In this document: piece by piece, positions 18,108 through 26,581 of the stretch
Position numbering within the stretch: the first letter of the stretch is position 1
Layout of the letters: each line of letters starts with the position of its first letter
NCBI GenBank assembly: GCA_046565505.1
Contig: JBKHYJ010000061.1
Location: 26,552 to 90,551 of the forward strand
Length of the DNA: 64,000 nucleotides
Origin: Blastocatellia bacterium
GTDB lineage: Bacteria; Acidobacteriota; Blastocatellia; UBA7656
Reading direction: 5' to 3'
Made by a program: the position numbers and the translations under genes
The notes under the pieces: generated by a model
The model's database searches: none
Told to the model about the DNA's origin: nothing
The model's input: the letters and a program-made list of their open reading frames with translations, nothing else

Positions 18108-18887
18108 TCACAACGCGCTCCCCAGCAGATCGCCCAGTTTCTTCCGGCAGCCGCGGCTTAGCATCAGTTGGGTGCCGTCGCGCAGAAGCACGCGGTACTC
18201 GTTATGAAACCAGGGCTGTAACTCCCGTATGCGATCAATGTTCACGATTGTCGAGCGATGTATGCGGGGGAACCGCTTCGGGTCGAGCTGCGCCTCCAGG
18301 CTGCTGATCGTTTCTCTGAGCAGGTGTGATTCCTTCCCGACATGCAGGCGCACGTACTTGCCCTCCGCCTCAATCCAATCAATCTCTTCAGTCTTGAGAA
18401 AGAAGGCCCTGCCCCCGGATTTGACTATCAGCCGCTCCAGGTGGCTCGTCCGCGCCTTTAGCTCTTCGAGCAGCGCGAGGGCACGCTGGTTAATTTCGCT
18501 GCCCTTATCCGCCCGCAGCCGCGCCTTCGCGCGCTGGAGCGCCTTATCGAACCGCTGGCGGTCGAACGGCTTCAGAAGGTAGTCCAGGGCGTACACCTCG
18601 AAAGCCCGAAGCGCGTACTGGTCGTAGGCGGTGACGAATATCACGAGGGGCAGGGCGTCGGCTTCCAGGGCCTCCATAACGGCAAACCCATCCATCTCGG
18701 GCATCTGTACGTCGAGGAAAACGATGTCGGGCCGGCCCGCCCGGATCGCGTCTATGGCCTCCCGCCCGTTGGCGCACTCCCCTATGACGTCAACGTCCGC
18801 ATGGTAGTTGAGCCGCCTGCGCAGGCGGCGGCGCGCCAGCGGCTCGTCATCTACTATCAGCGCGCGTATCCTCTTCGCCTCTGTCAT
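18108..18887 (-). CDS. LytTR-family two-component response regulator
   Basis: REC domain (LIVDDEPLARRRL...DIVFLDVQMPEMDGF) followed by a C-terminal LytTR DNA-binding domain. Overlaps the kinase gene by 4 bp (operon). Confidence 0.85.
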   Translation of the reverse strand: MTEAKRIRALIVDDEPLARRRLRRRLNYHADVDVIGECANGREAIDAIRAGRPDIVFLDVQMPEMDGFAVMEALEADALPLVIFVTAYDQYALRAFEVYALDYLLKPFDRQRFDKALQRAKARLRADKGSEINQRALALLEELKARTSHLERLIVKSGGRAFFLKTEEIDWIEAEGKYVRLHVGKESHLLRETISSLEAQLDPKRFPRIHRSTIVNIDRIRELQPWFHNEYRVLLRDGTQLMLSRGCRKKLGDLLGSAL

Positions 18888-20044
18888 CTGGCAGCCGCCC
18901 TCTTTTCGCCGGCAAAAACGTTTATCGGCTCGAACGGGATTTCGAGCGTCACTTGCAGCCCCCCTTCCGCCGCGTCGCTCATATCAAAGCGGTGTGACGG
19001 GCCATAGAGCTGTTCCAGCCGCGCGCGAGTATTCGCGAGGCCGAGCCCCCCTTTAAGCTTGCCCGCCGGGTCCTGGGAGGCGACTAAGCCGGGCCCATTA
19101 TCCTTCACCTGCAGCCGGAGCGTGCCGCCGCCGCGGCTCGCGCGGACCTCTATGCGGCCGGGGGCTATGCGCGCCACTATGCCGTGGCGGATCGCGTTCT
19201 CCACGATCGGCTGCAAGATAAGGTTAGGGACTCGCGCGTCGAGCGCCTCGGGCTCTACGTCCAGCCGCACGGTCAGGCGGTCCTGGAAGCGGACTTTCTC
19301 GATCTCCAGGTAACACCGCAGGAACTCCAGCTCTTCTTGCAGGGTGACTTCCTGCGCGCCGGAGTTTTCCAGCGTGAGGCGCAAGAAATCCCCGAGCCGC
19401 GCGATCATTTCGTCGGCCGCCTCCACGTCTTCGTCAAGCAACGCCGATATGGAGTTGAGCGTGTTGAAAAGGAAGTGGGGGTGGAGCTGCATCTTGAGCG
19501 CCTGCAACTGGGCCTGCGTGACTTGGAGCTGCGCCTCCGCAAGCTCGGCTTTTAGCCGGGAGATTTTCAGCTCCTCCTGCTGGTGACGGTTGTGGTAATC
19601 GACCGCCTGGCTTACAAGTAGTATAGTCCCGTAACTCATGAACCCCGTCGGGAGGTTGAAAAGGATGTCGGATTGATACAGCTCGGGGATTGAAGACATC
19701 CGCTGGTAGGCCGCGACCTGTAACAGCCAGCCTATGATTAGATAGATCGCGCGGTGTGCGACCGACAGAAACAGACAGGCGAGTATGTGAAGGAGCGAAT
19801 TGCGAAACCACCGCTCGCGGTCGATCGGGAAACGCCTGGTGAGCCAGAAGACCACTGGCGCGATTGCCGCCCACAAGAACCAGTAAGGTAGCTCCCATGC
19901 CAGCATCCCTTTCAGCGTCGGCCTGTCCTTGAAGATGGCGACGTAGTGATCGGCGAAGAGGTAGTAATTGAACGTGAAAGACAGGCCCACGAGCGACCAC
20001 ATCACCAGGACAAGGAGCCAGAATGTGCGATGGCGGTTGGTCAT
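18884..20044 (-). CDS. LytS/YehU-type sensor histidine kinase
   Basis: Multi-TM N-terminal region. His_kinase-type H-box LHPHFLFNTLNSISALL, and a HATPase_c region. Start at MTNRHR chosen (ATG at 20044). Confidence 0.8.
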   Translation of the reverse strand: MTNRHRTFWLLVLVMWSLVGLSFTFNYYLFADHYVAIFKDRPTLKGMLAWELPYWFLWAAIAPVVFWLTRRFPIDRERWFRNSLLHILACLFLSVAHRAIYLIIGWLLQVAAYQRMSSIPELYQSDILFNLPTGFMSYGTILLVSQAVDYHNRHQQEELKISRLKAELAEAQLQVTQAQLQALKMQLHPHFLFNTLNSISALLDEDVEAADEMIARLGDFLRLTLENSGAQEVTLQEELEFLRCYLEIEKVRFQDRLTVRLDVEPEALDARVPNLILQPIVENAIRHGIVARIAPGRIEVRASRGGGTLRLQVKDNGPGLVASQDPAGKLKGGLGLANTRARLEQLYGPSHRFDMSDAAEGGLQVTLEIPFEPINVFAGEKRAAAR

Positions 20045-20230
20045 AATTAACTTCCCCGGCCGGAGTCCCGCCGGCAAGATGAGTATATAATAGCGCGAAA
20101 TCCCGCGCGCGGGCACGGGATTGTCTCGCGGCGGGCCGCCCAGGTAGTTTTGGGAGGCTTTAAGGCGGGGGCAAAAAAATTCATGTTATGCTGGCCGTCG
20201 GGCGAAGACCCGGCGGGAGGAGGCGCGGTC

Positions 20231-20659
20231 ATGACCAGAATGTCGGCCGAGGAGCTTGAGGCTTTCCTGTATTCACACTTTCCCGACACGCACACGGCGA
20301 GCTTTCGAGTCGAAGAAGTAGGCGAGCGGTTCGCGCGGCTGCGACTGCTATACCATGACCGCCACCTGCGGCCCGGCGGCACGATCTCGGGCCCGTCGTT
20401 AATGACTCTGGCCGACACGGCCATGTACGTAGCCGTCCTCGCGATGATCGGCCCGGTCGCGCTCGCCGTCACCACGAATCTGAACATCAATTTTTTGCGC
20501 AAGCCATCTCGATCCGACGTAATCGCACAGGCCCGCTTGCTCAAGCTCGGCAAGCGCCTGGCCGTGGGCGACGTGACCATGTACTCCGATGGGGACGCGG
20601 AGCCGGTGGCCCATGCGACCTTGACCTACTCTATCCCCGCCGATCGAGAAACGGCCTGA
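20231..20659 (+). CDS. PaaI/YbgC-type hotdog-fold thioesterase
   Basis: GGTISGPSLMTLADTAMYVAVL and a HGG-like hotdog core. The ORF-track start at 20150 lies upstream. ATG at 20231 preferred. Confidence 0.75.
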   Translation: MTRMSAEELEAFLYSHFPDTHTASFRVEEVGERFARLRLLYHDRHLRPGGTISGPSLMTLADTAMYVAVLAMIGPVALAVTTNLNINFLRKPSRSDVIAQARLLKLGKRLAVGDVTMYSDGDAEPVAHATLTYSIPADRETA

Positions 20660-20775
20660 AGAAAGGCGCGGGCCCCTGCCTGTGGCGGTGCCGGGCCGGC
20701 TCGCCGCTGGCGGGCTATCGGCGGCGACCCTAACCGCGGCGCGGTGACGCGGCCAGTCCTTCAAGGCTCCCAACA

Positions 20776-20804
20776 TTGCCGCGCGGATGGTCATCTCGTA
20801 TACT
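20776..20804 (+). promoter_or_regulatory. Candidate sigma-70 promoter TTGCCG-17-TATACT
   Basis: Found in the 275-bp gap upstream of 20936..22111. A direct repeat TCTCGTAT x2 overlaps the -10 region. Confidence 0.3.
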
Positions 20805-20935
20805 TTCCCGTGCCTCGCTTCTCGTATGACCGGGAAGGCGGAACATTTGAAACGCATCTCCACATAATATCTACAGTCTAATCATTTCGGGACCCGCGGA
20901 AGGGGCCTGAAAATACGACGAGCTGGAAGGAGGAC

Positions 20936-22111
20936 GTGTCGGCCATGCGGTTAAAGAGCTTCTTCATTGTCGGCCTCATGATTGTCGGCCTCTTGATGTT
21001 GTGCATACCTTCGTCGGCCTTTGCGCAGGAGGGTTCCTACGACGGGCTGGATAACAATCTGAGCAACCTGTACAGGTCATCGCGGGCGAAGACCTTCTCG
21101 ATCAGCCCCGAGAATCTGACGGGCGAAAAGGGCAAGGGCGGGATGGCGAAGGAGGGGAACGCCTCGGACGCCGCGCGCGAGCTGGGGCAGGGCTGGAAGG
21201 TCAACCCTTTCATAATCATCCAACCCGGTAAGACGTTCACGCTCGCGGAGATTAACGGCCAGGGGGCCATCCAACACATCTGGATGACGCCGACCGGCAA
21301 CTGGCGCTTCTCGATCATCAGGATGTACTGGGACGACGAGGCCGCCCCTTCCGTCGAGACCCCCGTGGGGGATTTCTTCGCGATGGGCTGGGGCAAGTAC
21401 GCCCAGATATCTTCGCTGGCCGTATGCGTCAACCCCGGCAGCGCCTTCAACTCTTACTGGGTGATGCCTTTCAGGAAGAAGGCGAGAATCACGATGGAGA
21501 ATATCGACGCGGAGCCTATGAGGCTCTACTACCAGATAGACTACACGCTGACGCAACTGCCCAGAGACGCCGCCTACTTCCACGCGCAGTTCAGGAGGGT
21601 GAACCCTCTGCCGGAAAAAGAGGTGTATACCATCGTCGATAATATCAAAGGCAGGGGGCACTACGTCGGCACATACATGGCCTGGGGCGTGAACAACAAC
21701 AGGTGGTGGGGGGAAGGCGAGATCAAATTCTACATGGATGGCGACCAGCAGTTCCCCACCATCTGCGGGACCGGCACGGAGGACTACTTCTGCGGGTCGT
21801 ACAACTTCGAGAACCAGGAGAAGAAACAGTACCAGGAATTCTCCACGCCGTACTCCGGGCTGGCGCAGGTCATTAGGCCCGACGGGCTCTACCAATCACA
21901 GCAGAGGTTCGGCCTCTACCGTTGGCACATACCTGACCCCGTGCGGTTCGAGTCCGATCTGAGAGTCACGATTCAAGCCCTCGGCTGGAAGAGCGGGGGC
22001 CGGTACCTCCCCCTCAGAGATGACATCGCGTCGGTGGCTTACTGGTATCAGTCGGAGCCGCATGCGCCGTTCCCGAAACTGCCGAATAAGGACCAACTGG
22101 AAGTGAACTGA
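20936..22111 (+). CDS. Secreted DUF2961/GH172-like protein
   Basis: Signal peptide FFIVGLMIVGLLMLCIPSSAFAQ. The conserved block WWGEGEIKFYMDGD...CGTGTEDYFCGSYNF is typical of DUF2961. GGAGGA lies just upstream of the ATG. Confidence 0.5.
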   Translation: MSAMRLKSFFIVGLMIVGLLMLCIPSSAFAQEGSYDGLDNNLSNLYRSSRAKTFSISPENLTGEKGKGGMAKEGNASDAARELGQGWKVNPFIIIQPGKTFTLAEINGQGAIQHIWMTPTGNWRFSIIRMYWDDEAAPSVETPVGDFFAMGWGKYAQISSLAVCVNPGSAFNSYWVMPFRKKARITMENIDAEPMRLYYQIDYTLTQLPRDAAYFHAQFRRVNPLPEKEVYTIVDNIKGRGHYVGTYMAWGVNNNRWWGEGEIKFYMDGDQQFPTICGTGTEDYFCGSYNFENQEKKQYQEFSTPYSGLAQVIRPDGLYQSQQRFGLYRWHIPDPVRFESDLRVTIQALGWKSGGRYLPLRDDIASVAYWYQSEPHAPFPKLPNKDQLEVN

Positions 22112-22148
22112 GGCGGCGCGGCCGGGCGGCGAGCCGCCGCGGCAAGAA

Positions 22149-23039
22149 TCAGAGCGGCGGGATGTTTTTCTCGAAGATGTAACTGAGCGATTTGTAGACG
22201 AGCTTTGCGGTCAGGAAGTCGGGCGCGGCGTTGCCGGGCGAAGGGGCTAGCTCGGTCACGTCCATCCCCACTATGTTGCGGGCGCGGGCGGCCGCCCGAA
22301 TTATCCCCAGCGCGTCGTACCACCCTAGTCCGCCGGGCTCGGGCGTCCCCGTAGCCGGCACGAGGCTCGGGTCCAGGCCATCAATGTCAATCGTGAGGTA
22401 GACGTTCTCCGTCAGGTGCGAGATGGCCTCCTCGTGCCAGTCGGTCCTGCCGACTACATCTCTCGCCCAAAAAATCTTCGTGGGCGTGTGCGGAAGGCGC
22501 CGCGCCTCCGCCTCCGAGACGGAGCGAATCCCGACCTGCACGACAGGGCATACTTCGACCGCGCGGGCCATTATCGAAGCGTGCGAGTGCGGCGTGCCGT
22601 CATAGCTCTCGCGCAAATCCGCATGCGCGTCTATCTGAAGCACTGACAGATTCTTCACGCGGCGGCCGAGCGCGCGGATGACCGGGCCGCTGATCGAATG
22701 CTCGCCGCCGAGCATCGCGAGGAATTTCCCCGTGCCGAGCAACTCTTCGGCGCGGCGCTCGATCCTGTCCATCATCGCCTCGGGCGGGTCGATGGGGCTC
22801 AACTCTTCGAGCGTGTGTATGCCCATCCGATAGACGGACCCGTTCACCTCCTCGTCGTACAGCTCCATGTTGCGCGAGGCCTCTATGATGGCGCGGGGCC
22901 CGCCGGCGGTCCCGCGGCCGTAGCTCACTGTCCCCTCGTAGGGGACGGGCCACACGAGGATTCGCGCGGGGCCGAACTCTGAATACTCAGGCTCGTTTAT
23001 GCCGCCGAAATTGAAAGGTAGATTCTCTGATTCGCTCAT
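22149..23039 (-). CDS. speB: Agmatinase (ureohydrolase family)
   Basis: Arginase-fold motifs GGEHSIS, QIDAHADL and VGMDVTELAP. It is the last gene of the speA operon. Confidence 0.8.
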   Translation of the reverse strand: MSESENLPFNFGGINEPEYSEFGPARILVWPVPYEGTVSYGRGTAGGPRAIIEASRNMELYDEEVNGSVYRMGIHTLEELSPIDPPEAMMDRIERRAEELLGTGKFLAMLGGEHSISGPVIRALGRRVKNLSVLQIDAHADLRESYDGTPHSHASIMARAVEVCPVVQVGIRSVSEAEARRLPHTPTKIFWARDVVGRTDWHEEAISHLTENVYLTIDIDGLDPSLVPATGTPEPGGLGWYDALGIIRAAARARNIVGMDVTELAPSPGNAAPDFLTAKLVYKSLSYIFEKNIPPL

Positions 23040-23114
23040 CGCAGCAGTGATGTGTGGGGCATGTGGGCCGGAGCCGCGCCAGCTTTCGGCCCGCCGCCGC
23101 GCAATCTTTTTTAA

Positions 23115-24164
23115 TCACCCGAAGTTGACGCTAAGCTCGCGGCCGAAATTGAACTGGGGGCGGCGGCGCTGCTTGAGGGCTTTCGTGCCCGTCTGCGAAA
23201 GCGCGGTCACGAGGATCGGCATAGCGATCGTGGGGTCGCACAGGACGGAGACGGTCTTCGCGTCTTTAGCCACGCGCCCCCAGGTCTGCGCCTCCTCAAA
23301 GCTGCGGCCCGAAGTGGCGCTCGACTCGGGCAGGTCGAGGCCGATCTGCAAGCCATACTTGTGGCCGCGCAGGCCCTGCTTGATTATCGAGGCGGTGACT
23401 TCTATCTGATGAACGAAGCTCTTCGGCGGGCCGCCGCCGAACAGCACCACGGACGTGTTGACGGAGCGGGCCATGATCTGCGCCGCCTCGACCACGTCTT
23501 GAATGATGTCGAACTGGAACGGGTTCTTGCGGTTGATGCGGGAGGTGGCGATGCCGACGGCTATGGCCGAGTCGGCGACGCCCGGGCAGAAGATAGGGAC
23601 CTTCGCCTTGTAGGCGGAGGTGAGTATGCCGTCTTCGGTGGCGATCTCGGAAAGCTCGCGCCCCAGCAGGTGCAGGAACTCGCGCGTCGAGTACGGGCGC
23701 GAATGGTCCACGGTGTTGGCGAAATTGCCGACCCACTCGTCGGCCTCGCGGTACTCGTGGTCGCTCGCCAGCGTGTCGTAAAAGCGGCCCACCTGCGCCT
23801 CCTGAAGCTCGTCGTCATTCCACTCGCCGGACCCCTGGTAGTGGTAACGCCCGAGCGTCTCGTGCAGGTCGTGAAAGAGGTTCGCGCCCGTCGAGACGAC
23901 AACATCAACGTAGTGGTTCTTGATCAGGTAGGAGATCAGCCGCCGCATCCCGGCCGCCACCAGCGCGCCCGACAGCCCCATAAACACAGTCGAGTTGTCC
24001 GTCAGCATGTCGAGCCACAGGTTGTGCGCGTCGGCGAGCGCGCGCGCCTGAAAGCCCGCGCCCTCCATCTTCGTGAGTATGCCGGCCACCGAGCGGTCCC
24101 TGTCTATCTGTATGGGGCGAGTGGGAGTAGTCAAGTACTTTGAACTCTTTTGTTTTCTCATCAT
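23115..24164 (-). CDS. Deoxyhypusine synthase-like protein (probable homospermidine synthase)
   Basis: DHS-family N-terminus (GILTKMEGAGFQARALADAHNL...VFMGLSGALVAAGMR...DVVVSTGANLFHD). It sits between speA and speB. Confidence 0.75.
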   Translation of the reverse strand: MMRKQKSSKYLTTPTRPIQIDRDRSVAGILTKMEGAGFQARALADAHNLWLDMLTDNSTVFMGLSGALVAAGMRRLISYLIKNHYVDVVVSTGANLFHDLHETLGRYHYQGSGEWNDDELQEAQVGRFYDTLASDHEYREADEWVGNFANTVDHSRPYSTREFLHLLGRELSEIATEDGILTSAYKAKVPIFCPGVADSAIAVGIATSRINRKNPFQFDIIQDVVEAAQIMARSVNTSVVLFGGGPPKSFVHQIEVTASIIKQGLRGHKYGLQIGLDLPESSATSGRSFEEAQTWGRVAKDAKTVSVLCDPTIAMPILVTALSQTGTKALKQRRRPQFNFGRELSVNFG

Positions 24165-24256
24165 TGTAGTGTATGCCTCTGGTGGGGTGGGCGCGGGGGC
24201 ATGGGGCGGGGGACGAACTTTATTCCAATCCCTGGCCCCTGCCCCCGCCCCGGCCC

Positions 24257-26155
24257 CTATTCTAGATACGTGTACCTGCTAATGTCACTCTCATATTGCT
24301 TCAGGAGCGCGTCGGCCTCTTCCTGCGTCATGTGCCCGCCCGCGATGCGCGCTTTAGCCATCCGCTGGACGTTGTCCCAGGCCTGGTTCCTGTCGTAACG
24401 CGCGTAAGAGATCATATCGCCTACGCGGCTGCCCGGGACTATCTTCTTGATATGGTAGCGGCCGTCGGTATCTATTATGACTTGCGCTTCGTTGGGCATG
24501 CCGAAAAGGTTATGAAAGCTCCCCATGACTTCCTGGTAAGCGCCGACTAAAAATATAGCGATGTAATACGGCTCGCCTGTGAACGGGTGAAGCTCCAGCA
24601 CCTCCTTGACATCCTTGAGGTCCACGAACTTGTCTATATGCCCGTCTGAATCGCACGTGATGTCGACGAACGTGGCGTAGTCGGTGGGCTGCTCGTTGAG
24701 CCTGTGGATGGGCATTATAGGGAAGAGCTGATCGATGGCCCAGTGGTCGGGCAGGGACCGGAAGACGGAAAAGTTGCACAGGTACTTCGACGCCAGAATC
24801 TTCTTCAGGTCGTCGAACTCTTCTTCCTGCACCTTCGCGGTCTGGGCGAATTTCGACGCGCGCGCGCAGACCTCCCAGAACAACACTTCGCCCTTGGCCC
24901 GGTCTTCGAGGCTGATCAGGCCAAGGTTGAACTGCATGTGGAGCTCCTCCTTGTGGTCGAGCGCGTCGTGGTAGTACTCGCGGTAGTTCTTCGAGGTTAT
25001 GTCGTCGTAGAGCCCCTTCAGCTCCGCGATCACCTGCGGGTCGTCCTCGTCCAGGGTGATCTCGGGCCGGTCGTCGGCGAACGTCTCTATCTCGTCGCGG
25101 ATCGACGTGACAAACACCGCGTGGTAGGCGCTCATCATGCGCCCGCTCTCGGTGACGAGGTTCGGCTCGGGGACGTTCTCGTCCTCGCAGACGGACTTGA
25201 TCGTGTACATAACGTCGTTGGCGAATTCCTGGGTCGTGTAGTTGACCGACGACTCGAAGGTGGTCTTCGACCCATCGTAATCGACGCCCATGCCGCCGCC
25301 TATGTCGAGGTACTCGACGTCGATGTGCATCTGCCGAATCTTGGAGTATACGCGGGCAGCCTCTTTCATCGCGCCCTTGACGCGCTTGATGTCGGTTATC
25401 TGCGACCCTATGTGGAAATGCAGCAGCTTGAGCGCGTCGGTCATCTCGTACTCGCGCAGCATCCTTATGCATTCGAGCATCTCGGATGGGGTCAGGCCGA
25501 ATTTGGCCGACTCGCCGCCCGACGAGGCCCACTTGCCGGAGCCCTTCGAGTAAAGCTTCGCGCGTATGCCGATGCCGGGGCGCACGCCCGTCTCTTGCGC
25601 GCGCCGGATGATCATCTTCAGCTCGTTGAGTTTTTCGACGACCACGATGACGCGCTTGCCTATCTGCACGCCCATCAGCGCCAGGTTGATGAACGCTTCG
25701 TCCTTAAACCCGTTGCATATGAGAAGTGATTCGGGCGTCTGCTCTAGCGACAGCGCGGCGTAAAGCTCCGCCTTCGAGCCGCACTCTACGCCGAAGTTAA
25801 ACTTGCTGCCTTCGCGCAAGAATACTTCGACCACCTCGCGCCGGGGGTTGACCTTCATCGGGAAGACCGCGTAGTGAGTGCCCGAGTAATTGAACTCGCG
25901 CGCGGCCTCGTGAAAGGAGCGCTGAAGCTTCTTCAGCTGGTTGGTCAGAATCTGCGGGAATCGGAGCAGTACAGGGAGTTGAAGCTTGCGCTGGTCTATG
26001 AGGTGATCTATTAGCTCTTTAATATCAACTGATCGGGGGTCGCCCTCAGCAGGGCGAACTGCAAGGTGGCCTTTTCGGTTTACCTCAAAGTATCCTGCCC
26101 CCCAGTTTTCCACACCATAGGTCTGAATGACCTCTTCCAGTGTGATATTCCTCAT
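24257..26155 (-). CDS. speA: Biosynthetic arginine decarboxylase
   Basis: 632 aa. Characteristic SpeA N-terminus (YGVENWGAGYFEVNRKGHLAVRP) and the PLP-fold decarboxylase region (FHIGSQ). Confidence 0.9.
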   Translation of the reverse strand: MRNITLEEVIQTYGVENWGAGYFEVNRKGHLAVRPAEGDPRSVDIKELIDHLIDQRKLQLPVLLRFPQILTNQLKKLQRSFHEAAREFNYSGTHYAVFPMKVNPRREVVEVFLREGSKFNFGVECGSKAELYAALSLEQTPESLLICNGFKDEAFINLALMGVQIGKRVIVVVEKLNELKMIIRRAQETGVRPGIGIRAKLYSKGSGKWASSGGESAKFGLTPSEMLECIRMLREYEMTDALKLLHFHIGSQITDIKRVKGAMKEAARVYSKIRQMHIDVEYLDIGGGMGVDYDGSKTTFESSVNYTTQEFANDVMYTIKSVCEDENVPEPNLVTESGRMMSAYHAVFVTSIRDEIETFADDRPEITLDEDDPQVIAELKGLYDDITSKNYREYYHDALDHKEELHMQFNLGLISLEDRAKGEVLFWEVCARASKFAQTAKVQEEEFDDLKKILASKYLCNFSVFRSLPDHWAIDQLFPIMPIHRLNEQPTDYATFVDITCDSDGHIDKFVDLKDVKEVLELHPFTGEPYYIAIFLVGAYQEVMGSFHNLFGMPNEAQVIIDTDGRYHIKKIVPGSRVGDMISYARYDRNQAWDNVQRMAKARIAGGHMTQEEADALLKQYESDISRYTYLE

Positions 26156-26581
26156 CTATTTCCTTCCCTGCTGGATCTCATACATGCCGCGAAAATAGAG
26201 ATACTTACAAGCGATTGAATTTAACAGAATGAATCAGGGGTGTCAAAAACTTTTTTTCCGCGCACGGCTCGTAACGTCGGCGCGGCAATGGCCGCCGGCC
26301 GGGGCCGCCGCGTTAGATCAAGCATCCCAATGAATACAGGCGGGGCAGGACCAACCGGGTTGCCGCTTCGCCGCGCGGGGCGCTCCGCGCGCTCGGCGTC
26401 CGGCAGCCACCACGGCGGCCTTAAAGGCCTCCGCCCGGCCCCCGGTCGATGCCCGCCGAACGGTGCCGCGGAGTTGTCAATTCGCCCGCGGTTCAACTAG
26501 AATTCGTGTTTCCCCTCAGCTCAAGAATTCTCGCCGTGGCGGGCGGGCATGGGGCAATACTTTCGGAGGCAATAAAACGCT

